Assembly (NCBI RefSeq): GCF_007747795.1
Contig: NZ_CP036275.1
Coordinates: forward strand, 2,650,853-2,714,852
Length of the DNA stretch: 64,000 nucleotides
Direction of reading: 5' to 3'
Source: Maioricimonas rarisocia
Lineage (GTDB): Bacteria; Planctomycetota; Planctomycetia; Planctomycetales; Planctomycetaceae
This document shows, one piece after another, positions 36,354 through 44,489 of the stretch. The position numbers and the translations under genes were made by a program. The notes under the pieces were generated by a model. It did not search any database, had not been told where the DNA came from, and saw only the letters and a program-made list of their open reading frames with translations. Position 1 is the stretch's first letter, and every line of letters starts with the position of its first letter.

Positions 36354-36677
36354 GCGCGACGCTGAGCAAACGAATGCGAATCGTTGCTGATTGCTGAAGA
36401 GGTGACTGCTGCAGTCGCCGTTTCCCAGAACTCACACTGCGGCCTCGCCGCCGCCACTCACTGCCAACCAGCGCATAGACATCTGCTGCCGTTGTTGCCG
36501 GGGCGGCCGATCCGGAGAAGCTCCGGACATTACCTCCAGTCGCGGAAGGTGTGGAAACGCGACTTTCGCTGGAATGACGGCACCGTCGACAACCTGACAC
36601 ACCTGTTCTTTGTTTCAGCAGCAGATTGTGTACTCCTGCGGTAACGGCGGCCCATGGCCCGCTGGACAGATCGGCGA

Positions 36678-36989
36678 TTAACTGTTTCCGTTGTGTTTGC
36701 GGATGGCTTGGATCAGCTGATCTTTCGTCATTTTGCTGCGGCCCTCGATCTCCAGTTCCTGCGCGCGGTTGTAGAGTTCTTTCCTGGAACGGTCTTCGAG
36801 GGACTGATTGGGATTTCCCGTCCCTTGCGTCGTCTCGTTGGATGTCCTTCCTTCTTCACGCCGCTGCTTGTTGACGGTCCGTGCGGCGATCTCTTCGGCA
36901 CGGTCTTCGGAACGACCGCGGTCCACCGCACTCTCCTTGATGTGCTTGTATTGACGTTCTTCCTTGTCGGTCCAGGCTTGTTGTGGCAT
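36678..36989 (-). CDS. Hypothetical stress-associated protein with Rho-termination-factor N-terminal-like (Rho_N/SAP-like) C-terminal motif
   Basis: 103 aa, charged. C-terminal KELYNRAQELEIEGRSKMTKDQLIQAIRK matches the Rho_N helix-extended-helix motif. Confidence 0.55.
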   Translation of the reverse strand: MPQQAWTDKEERQYKHIKESAVDRGRSEDRAEEIAARTVNKQRREEGRTSNETTQGTGNPNQSLEDRSRKELYNRAQELEIEGRSKMTKDQLIQAIRKHNGNS

Positions 36990-37076
36990 GACTGCCTCCT
37001 TCTGAAGAAACTCCGGCCGGGCGTGACTGTTGGGGCCCGCCCGGCTCGAAGTGACATCAACCGACCAACGTCAGAC

Positions 37077-37589
37077 TCAGGCGTGGGCGGCCTGCGGGTT
37101 GACGGATCCTTCGGCGATTTCGGTCAGCTTCTTGTCGGCGGCACCTTCCTCGTCGAGGGTTTCCTGCAGCAACTGGGCCACATCGGCGTGGCCGAGTCGC
37201 GTGGCGAGATGGCGGACCGTCCCGTACGCCGCAATCTCGTAGTGCTCGACCCGCTGGGCAGCAGCGATCAGTGCCGCATCGCGGACGTGATCGTCACCCT
37301 TGGCGTTGACCATCTCTTCGCCTTCGGAGATAAGCCCCTTCATGGCGTCGCAGGTCTTGGTTTCCGCGTCCTTGCCAAGGATCTCGAAGACCCGTTCCAG
37401 CCGCTGCACCTGACCCTTGGTTTCGGTGAGGTGATGCTGAAACGCACTCTTGAGCTGCGGGTCGGTGGCGGCGTCAGCCATTTTCGGCAGAGCCTTGGTC
37501 AGCCGCTGCTCGGCATCGTAGATGTCCTGAATCTGGTCGATGAACAGGCATTCAAGCGAGTCAAATTCGGTGCTGGTAAAAAGTCCCAT
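37077..37589 (-). CDS. Ferritin-like DUF892 (YciE/YciF family) stress protein
   Basis: DQIQDIYDAEQRLTKALPKMA...AQRVEHYEIAAYGTVRHLA, the DUF892 four-helix-bundle signature. Confidence 0.85.
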   Translation of the reverse strand: MGLFTSTEFDSLECLFIDQIQDIYDAEQRLTKALPKMADAATDPQLKSAFQHHLTETKGQVQRLERVFEILGKDAETKTCDAMKGLISEGEEMVNAKGDDHVRDAALIAAAQRVEHYEIAAYGTVRHLATRLGHADVAQLLQETLDEEGAADKKLTEIAEGSVNPQAAHA

Positions 37590-37929
37590 GAGTGTCTCCC
37601 TCCAGACTGAGTTTCCATTGATATTGATGTAACGCCCCGCGAGTGACGTCCTGGCCCGACGTCGCCTGCGTGACTTACGTCTCGACAGTCAGAAGGTATT
37701 CGCCTCCCGGTTCTCAGGGGATCGGGCGAATCCGGCGCCCTGCTCAGGGGGGATCGGGGGAGCAGCGTGCTATCACCATCGGGGGAGCACCGGGGGGATG
37801 ACGGACGTTCCAGCGGAGGTGCCCGAGACGTGCATCGACGCCACCGCCCGCTTCCCTGCCGGCTCGAAGCGCGGTTCGATATCCTGTCTGCCGATGACGG
37901 ATCTCACGACCGCGATTGGACATGCCCCG

Positions 37930-39123
37930 ATGAAAAACCTCCCGCTTCTGATGTGTCTGCTGCTGGTGTCGATGAACGTGGCGTCGGCGACCGACGATCC
38001 ACCAGCCGACCTTCAATCCTTCTTCCAGCCGCCACCCGAATACGCTGGTGACTTTGGCGACTTCCTTTCCCCGCTGAAGTTCTACGATGGCCGCGAAGTG
38101 ACGTCGGCCGAGCAATGGCCGGCGCGGCGACGGGAGATCCGGCAGCGATGGGACGCGATCATCGGCGAGTGGCCGCCGCTGATTGAGACGCCGAACGTCG
38201 AGCATGTCGCGACGACGAAACGTGGAGAGATCACCCAGCATCAACTGCGGCTGGGAGTGGCGCTCGAAGGGGAAACGGTGGAGGGCTTTCTGCTCGTTCC
38301 TCCGGGAGAAGGCCCCTTCCCTGCCGTGCTGGTCGTCTACTACGACGCGCAGACCGGCGTCGGTCTGGGAACGCCGCTACGGGACTTCGCCTGGCAACTC
38401 GCGCAGCGGGGTTTTGTGACGCTCTCGATCGGCAAGCCGTTTACGGGAGTTGATCTGGAGAATCCGAAAGCGGTTCCCCACCGCAGCAAGCCGTACTACG
38501 GACCGACCGGCAGACCGGTCGCGCTGCAGCCCCTCTCCGCGTTGGGATACCTTGCCGCAAACTGTCAGCAGTACCTCGCGAACCGGAACGACGTGGATGG
38601 CGAGCGGATCGGCATTGTGGGGCATTCGTTCGGCGGCAAGTGGGCCATGTTTGCTTCCTGCCTGCACGACGGGTTCGCCTGTGCCGTCTGGTCGGACGGC
38701 GGCATCGTGTTCGATGAGCGGGACCGCAGGAAAGAGAATCCCGGCGGCAGCGTGAACTACCAGGATCGGTGGTACCTGGGTTACGTGCTGGGTGAGCCGG
38801 CTGCGGATGAAGCGCGTTTCCGGTCGATGGGGCTGATCACCGAGCCGTCACAGCGGACCGGTTCGTACAAGGTGCTGATGGAGAATGACCACGATCTGGT
38901 CGAGCTGCATGCTTTGATGGCACCGCGGCCGTTTCTCGTCTCAGGCGGAACCGCGGATATGCCGGAGCGGTGGATGGCGCTGAACCACGCCATCGCGGTG
39001 AACCGACTGCTCGGCTACGAGAACCGCGTCGCCATGACGAACCGTGACACGCACGGTCCGAACGAACAGTCGAACGGGCAGATCTACCGCTTCTTCGAAT
39101 GGTGGCTGAAGGAGCGGCAGTAA
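37930..39123 (+). CDS. Secreted alpha/beta-hydrolase-fold esterase
   Basis: ATG at 37930. Signal MKNLPLLMCLLLVSMNVASA. Nucleophile elbow GIVGHSFGGKWA. Acid/His region near the C-terminus. Exact CE family not assignable by eye. Confidence 0.7.
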   Translation: MKNLPLLMCLLLVSMNVASATDDPPADLQSFFQPPPEYAGDFGDFLSPLKFYDGREVTSAEQWPARRREIRQRWDAIIGEWPPLIETPNVEHVATTKRGEITQHQLRLGVALEGETVEGFLLVPPGEGPFPAVLVVYYDAQTGVGLGTPLRDFAWQLAQRGFVTLSIGKPFTGVDLENPKAVPHRSKPYYGPTGRPVALQPLSALGYLAANCQQYLANRNDVDGERIGIVGHSFGGKWAMFASCLHDGFACAVWSDGGIVFDERDRRKENPGGSVNYQDRWYLGYVLGEPAADEARFRSMGLITEPSQRTGSYKVLMENDHDLVELHALMAPRPFLVSGGTADMPERWMALNHAIAVNRLLGYENRVAMTNRDTHGPNEQSNGQIYRFFEWWLKERQ

Positions 39124-39132
39124 GACGCCGGC

Positions 39133-40584
39133 TCAGGCGAGGATGTCAGTGACGACTTTGGCCGGCTGTCCGTCGGTCAGGGTCTGTTCGCTGTTGTTCC
39201 GCTTGAATGTCAGCTCGTCGTGCTTCATGCCGAACAGATGCAGCAGCGTGGCGTGGTAGTCGTAGTGGTGCACGACGTTCTCGACGGCATGGTGTCCGAA
39301 CTCGTCGGTTGCACCGTAGACAAAGCCCGGCTTGAAGCCACCGCCGGCCAGCCACGTACTGAAGCCGTACGTATTGTGGTCGCGGCCAATTTTGTTTTTG
39401 CCGGCATCGTTCTGAACGACCGGCAGACGGCCCATCTCGCCCCCCCAGTGAACGACAGTGGAGTCGAGCAGACCGCGAGCCTTGAGGTCGGCGACGAGTG
39501 CGGCTGAAGGCTGATCAACCTTCTTGCAGGCGGACGGCAGTCGGGAAACGATGCTGCCGTGGCTGTCCCACAGCTGGTTTTGCGTATAGACCTGGACGAA
39601 GCGAACGCCCCGTTCGATGAGCCGACGGGCGAGCAGACAGCGACTGCCGAACTCACGCGTTGCGGCGTTCTCGTCCTCCATGCCGTACATTCGCTGGGTG
39701 GCCTTCGATTCCTTCGACAGGTCCATCGCTTCGGTCGCGGCGACCTGCATGCGGGCGGCCAGCTCATAGGTCGCGATGCGGGCTTCGAGGTCGAGCTGAC
39801 CCGGGTGACGTGCAAGGTGCCGGCGGTTCAGTTCATCCAGAAACTGCAGTGACCGTTCCTGCGGAGCTCCGGCCAGATGTTGTGGCGGGATGAGGTCCAG
39901 GATTCGTGGTTCCTGCGGGCGGACCACCGTTCCCTGATAGAGGGAGGGCAGGAAACCGTTGGACCAGTTCTCAACGCCGAGGACCGGCAGCTGACCGGGA
40001 TCGATCAGCGCCATGAAAGCCGGCAGGTTGTCCGCTTCACAACCGAGACCGTAGGTGAGCCAGCTTCCGAGAGTGGGACGACCGGCGAGCGTGCGTCCGC
40101 CCTGCAGGGCCCGAATCGACTGGCCGTGGTTGTTCACGCCAGTGTGCATCGAACGAATCAGGCAGATGTCGTCGGCGATGTCGGAAAGATACGGAACGAG
40201 CTCGGACAGTTCCATCCCGCATTCGCCGCGGGGGGCGAACTTCCACGGTGAGGCGAACACCTTCGAGCTGGCCTGGGCGGCGTTGTCGTACTTGATCTCG
40301 CCGGGGAACGGTTTGCCGTCCCATTTCTTCATTTCCGGCTTCGGATCAAACATGTCGTGATGGCTTGGACCTCCCTGCATCCAGAGGGAGATCATGGCCC
40401 GGGCCCGCGGCTCGTGCTGGGGCGTCTTGGGGGTGGTGTCGAACGTTTCCGGTTCGAGCGGCGGTTTGGAGGGATTACCGCGCGCCTGGTCATGCTGCAG
40501 CAGCCAGGCGAGCGCGACACTGCTGACGCTCATGGCGCTGCCGGCGAGGAAGTGTCTGCGGGTGTAGCACTGAGAGCCATTCAT
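39133..40584 (-). CDS. DUF1501 domain protein (sulfatase-like metalloenzyme fold, Tat signal)
   Basis: MNGSQCYTRRHFLAGSAMSVSSVALAWL Tat-like N-terminus. ...ISLWMQGGPSHHDMFDPKP...LGSWLTYGLG...TVVHWGGEMGRLPV, DUF1501 hallmarks. Downstream partner of the DUF1553 gene. Confidence 0.9.
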   Translation of the reverse strand: MNGSQCYTRRHFLAGSAMSVSSVALAWLLQHDQARGNPSKPPLEPETFDTTPKTPQHEPRARAMISLWMQGGPSHHDMFDPKPEMKKWDGKPFPGEIKYDNAAQASSKVFASPWKFAPRGECGMELSELVPYLSDIADDICLIRSMHTGVNNHGQSIRALQGGRTLAGRPTLGSWLTYGLGCEADNLPAFMALIDPGQLPVLGVENWSNGFLPSLYQGTVVRPQEPRILDLIPPQHLAGAPQERSLQFLDELNRRHLARHPGQLDLEARIATYELAARMQVAATEAMDLSKESKATQRMYGMEDENAATREFGSRCLLARRLIERGVRFVQVYTQNQLWDSHGSIVSRLPSACKKVDQPSAALVADLKARGLLDSTVVHWGGEMGRLPVVQNDAGKNKIGRDHNTYGFSTWLAGGGFKPGFVYGATDEFGHHAVENVVHHYDYHATLLHLFGMKHDELTFKRNNSEQTLTDGQPAKVVTDILA

Positions 40585-40713
40585 GGTGGGACAACCGTGG
40601 TGATGCGGGGGCGGGTTGGTGTGGACAAGCCTGTCAGAGGCGGATGCGCTCTCCTCGTGGCCCGTCCGGGGTGTCTGGTGTGCGGCCGGTTTTGGTGGGC
40701 AGCCGGCCGGCTG

Positions 40714-43332
40714 CTATTCGACGTACAGGAACTCGTTGGAACTGACGAGCAGCTGGCACAGGCTCGCCAGCGCTTCCTGAGACGGCGTGCGAGCTTCCTT
40801 CTTGTCTTTCTCCTCAGGCAACCGCTCGGTCAGCAGTGCCGTCTGGTCGTCGAGATACGTCAGGGCCGACTGCACTTCGGACTCTTCGGCCGGGCGGTTG
40901 AAGGCGAGTTCCCAGGCCCGGCGGACTTGCGCGGTGCGGTCGTCACCTGCGTCGGTGGCGACACGGTCGGCGAAGTAGCGCGAAAAGTCGATCACGAAGT
41001 CGCTGTTCATGAGGAGCAGCGACTGGGGCGTGACAGTGGACGGCGTCCGCTGGGCACAGTTGGGGGACATCCGCGGCCAGTCGAATGTGTCGAGAACGGC
41101 GAGCGGACGGCTGCGACGGACCTGCACGTAGACACTGCGGCGGAATTCAGTCCCTTCCAGGTCGATCTCCTTGCCGGGGCGACCGGCGTTGAGGTTCTCG
41201 ATCCCGAGGACCCAGCGACCGACGCGGTCGGCCATCACGGGAATCGGTTCCCCGTACAGATTGTCGTTCAGCTTCCCGCTGATCCGCAGGATCGCATCGC
41301 GAACGGCTTCGGCGTCGAGACGTTGCAGGTTAGAGCGACCGTAGAGTTCGTTGTCCGGGTCGGCGGCCATCAGGTTGCGATTTGCCGAAGACGTCTGTCG
41401 CCAGGTGGCGGAGTTGAGGATCAGCCGGTGGATGTGCTTGACGCTCCAGCCGGACTCGACGAATTCACGGGCGAGCCAGTCGAGCAGTTCCGGATGCGTC
41501 GGCGGAGAGCCAAGAACTCCGAAGTCGGCCGGAGTGCGCACCAGCCCGGTGCCGAAGTGATGCATCCAGATCCGGTTGACGATCACGCGTGGGACGAGTG
41601 GATGGTTGCCGTCGGTCAGCCGCTTTGCGAGGGCCAGACGGCGTCCCGAGGTCTTCAGCTCCTCGGTGTCGGCCGGGATCCCGGGGAGGTCGGGAATGTT
41701 CATCGAGACGACGGAGAGACCGGTCGGCAGCAGTTCGTCTTTCGGCTGCTCGTGGTCCCCGCGGTAGAACAGGTGCGTCGGAGGGATTCGGCCAGGCGTT
41801 TCTGTGAGGGCCCGGACGAACTCCTGAACCGGTTTGCCGTCACGGACCTTCTTCGCCTCGGCCGCCATTTCCTTCAGCTTGTCGGCCGCCTTGCGATCGT
41901 AGAGGTAGAGTGAGCCGGCGGTGACGTTCAGGCTCGGGTGCTTCTTGAGCAGCGCCTTCTGTTCATCGGTTCGTTCTTTTGCAGACGTCGCGTGGGCCGC
42001 CCGGGCCAGTTCGTGGACCTCTTCGGGAAGCTTGGCCAGTTCCCGCTCGAAGGTGGCGTCGATGAACTCCTTCTGCTTCGCAAGACGCTCGGCGTCGATC
42101 TTCTTGGCTTCCGCTTCGATCTCGGCAGCGCGGGCACGGTCCTCGTCGGTGTAAAGGGAAATGCGACGCTGGGCGGGGCGCTTCCATTTCTGCGGATCGA
42201 AAGCCGGTTCGAAGACGGCGCGGAAGGAGTAGTAATCCGACTGGGGAATCGGGTCGTAGCGATGGTCATGACACTGGGCACAGCCGACTGTCATCCCCAT
42301 CAATGCCGACGAGACGATCTTGACCGTTTCGGCGATGGCGTCGTTCTTGGCCAGCTCGAAGTCATCCACGCTGCCGGCGGTGCCGTCCGGCCCCATGCGG
42401 AGGAAGCCGGTTGCCGTCAGCAGTTCGACGTCTTCCGGACTGAGATTGTTGAGCGGCGAGGTAATCAGTTCGTCGCCGGCCAGCTGTTCGACGATGAAGC
42501 GGTCAAACGGCTTGTCGGCATTGAACGAACGGATGACGTAGTCGCGGTACTTGTACGCATAGGGACGCGTGTGGTCGTCGTTCGTGTAACCCTCGGAGTC
42601 CGCATAACCGGCGACGTCGAGCCAGTGGCGGCCCCACCGCTCACCGTAGTGCGGCGAGTCGAGCAGGTTGTCGACGAGTCGCTGCCAGGCGCCCGGCTCG
42701 CGGTCGTCGAGGAACTGCTGTACTTCGTCAGGTGTTGGCGGAAAGCCGACCAGGTCGTAGTAGAGTCGCCGCACGAGCGTGCGCGCGGTGGCCTGATCGG
42801 CGAGCGTCCATCCATCGGCCTCGAGCCGACGCAGCACGAAGGCGTCGACCGCGGTCTGCACACGATCTGCCTGCTGCACCTCGGGAACGGCCGGCTTGTG
42901 AATCGGCTGGAACGACCAGTGGGAGCGCTCTTCTGCGGTGATGAGCGGACCGTCGACGGTTTCCGGTTCCGGGCGGAGTGTCGGAGCGCCGGCCTCGACC
43001 CAGGCGCGAAGAACCGCCAGTTCCTCGTCCGAGAGCCGCAGGTCCTCTCCGGGAGGCATTTCGCCACTCTCGACCCGCTCGAGAAGCAGGCTGGCGTCGG
43101 CATCACCCGGCTCGATCGCTGCGCCGGAGTCGCCTCCTGCGGTCAGGAAGCGTGCAAGTCGGACGTCGAGGTTGCCTTCCTTCTCACCCGCTTCGCCATG
43201 GCAGTGAAAGCAGTGAGCCTTCAGGATGGGACGGACGTCACGCTCAAAATAAACGTCTTCGGCTTCAGCCTGACCGGTACTGGTCGCCCACAAGACGATC
43301 AGCAACAGCGGCCCGTACGGCAGTCGTTGCAT
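40714..43332 (-). CDS. PSCyt1/PSCyt2/PSD1 (cytochrome-like, DUF1549, DUF1553) protein
   Basis: 872 aa with signal peptide. CFHCHGEAGEKEGNLDVR (PSCyt1), RRLYYDLVGFPPTPDE...DSPHYGERWGRHWLDV (DUF1549), CAQCHDHRYDPIPQSDYY (DUF1553). Plus-strand ORFs 40357..41913 and 41938..43518 are shadows. Confidence 0.9.
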   Translation of the reverse strand: MQRLPYGPLLLIVLWATSTGQAEAEDVYFERDVRPILKAHCFHCHGEAGEKEGNLDVRLARFLTAGGDSGAAIEPGDADASLLLERVESGEMPPGEDLRLSDEELAVLRAWVEAGAPTLRPEPETVDGPLITAEERSHWSFQPIHKPAVPEVQQADRVQTAVDAFVLRRLEADGWTLADQATARTLVRRLYYDLVGFPPTPDEVQQFLDDREPGAWQRLVDNLLDSPHYGERWGRHWLDVAGYADSEGYTNDDHTRPYAYKYRDYVIRSFNADKPFDRFIVEQLAGDELITSPLNNLSPEDVELLTATGFLRMGPDGTAGSVDDFELAKNDAIAETVKIVSSALMGMTVGCAQCHDHRYDPIPQSDYYSFRAVFEPAFDPQKWKRPAQRRISLYTDEDRARAAEIEAEAKKIDAERLAKQKEFIDATFERELAKLPEEVHELARAAHATSAKERTDEQKALLKKHPSLNVTAGSLYLYDRKAADKLKEMAAEAKKVRDGKPVQEFVRALTETPGRIPPTHLFYRGDHEQPKDELLPTGLSVVSMNIPDLPGIPADTEELKTSGRRLALAKRLTDGNHPLVPRVIVNRIWMHHFGTGLVRTPADFGVLGSPPTHPELLDWLAREFVESGWSVKHIHRLILNSATWRQTSSANRNLMAADPDNELYGRSNLQRLDAEAVRDAILRISGKLNDNLYGEPIPVMADRVGRWVLGIENLNAGRPGKEIDLEGTEFRRSVYVQVRRSRPLAVLDTFDWPRMSPNCAQRTPSTVTPQSLLLMNSDFVIDFSRYFADRVATDAGDDRTAQVRRAWELAFNRPAEESEVQSALTYLDDQTALLTERLPEEKDKKEARTPSQEALASLCQLLVSSNEFLYVE

Positions 43333-43736
43333 TGCTGTTCCTCCAGGGGCAGTCTAGCTGAAACCGTATCGCATGCAAATGCGTTGATGGGTCAGGTGGA
43401 GGTCGGCGTTGCCGGTCCGCTTCCCGTCCCCATTCGTCGCCAGACCGCATCTGGTGATGTCGGCGGAGAGGCGGCTGCTCTGCAGCAATTGCCGGAACAT
43501 GTTCTTGAGTACGCATGATTCGCGGAGTTACAATGCGTGCAGCTTTCTGCAGTGGGACTGCTCGGGCGAGGTTCGCGGTACCACGAGCGTGCCCTCTTTC
43601 CTTTCCGCCCCAATCGGGCAGAAGAACGCTCCAGCCGGACGTGACGCTGAGAGCTCGCCGGGTGGAGCCGCGATGTCTGGTGCTGTGGACGGCATCGCGT
43701 GTGCGTCGACTGTCACGCCATCGAGGACGCAGCGAG

Positions 43737-44231
43737 ATGAGCGATGCCCCGGCCGAAGACCATCTGATACGTTTTCTCTCCACGCCTGGCCTGCCGCCAA
43801 AGGTCCTCAAGCAGGTTGCAGGGCTCGGCGAGCTGGTGGAGATCGCTGCCGGGGCAACCGTTTTCGAAGAAGGAGCCGAGTACAACAGGCTGTCGATCGT
43901 CGTGTCCGGTCACATCGAACTGAAGATGAACGCCGCTTCGTGCGGTGATGTTCGGATTCTCACGATTGGCGCGGGAGATGTTCTCGGCTGGTCCCCGCTG
44001 CTGGGGGGACATCGGATGACCGCGACCGCCACAGCTCTCGAGCCATCTCAACTCCTCTCATTCGAGACGGGGCGGCTGAGGAGCCTGTTCGAAACCGATT
44101 TCGAGACCGGCTATTACTTCATGAACCACATCTCGCTGGCATTGATGCAGCGGCTGGTGGCGACTCGGCTGCAACTGCTCGCCATGGTGGGGGATGCGGG
44201 AAGTGCTTCCGCCGGCGATGGCACCGCTTGA
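43737..44231 (+). CDS. Cyclic-nucleotide-binding (cNMP/Crp-like effector) domain protein
   Basis: ATG at 43737. ATVFEEGAEYNRLSIVVSGHIELKMN...GAGDVLGWSPLLGGHRMTATATALEPSQLLSFE is a CAP-family beta-roll. No DNA-binding domain. Confidence 0.7.
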   Translation: MSDAPAEDHLIRFLSTPGLPPKVLKQVAGLGELVEIAAGATVFEEGAEYNRLSIVVSGHIELKMNAASCGDVRILTIGAGDVLGWSPLLGGHRMTATATALEPSQLLSFETGRLRSLFETDFETGYYFMNHISLALMQRLVATRLQLLAMVGDAGSASAGDGTA

Positions 44232-44489
44232 ATCGGACCGGTCTCTCCGGACCTTCTGGTGGCATGCTGCCCCGGGCGATCGCAGCGATTATAGCGACTG
44301 GCAAAAACGGGAAACGTTCTTTCCCCCGCAAGTCGGTTGTTGACGCGGCGGAACCGCAGATTCTAGGATACAGATCGGCAGGTGTTTATGCGACCTGTCG
44401 GCCGGCCGTCCGGGGCACGGCAATGGACGTCTCATCCCCCGGTTGCGGCAGGTCCCTCCGGCTGTTCATCAGCTCCGTCAGGATTCAGG

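Noticed and set aside
40357-43518. Plus-strand ORFs 40357..41913 and 41938..43518
   Set aside because: Shadows of the 872-aa DUF1549/DUF1553 gene.
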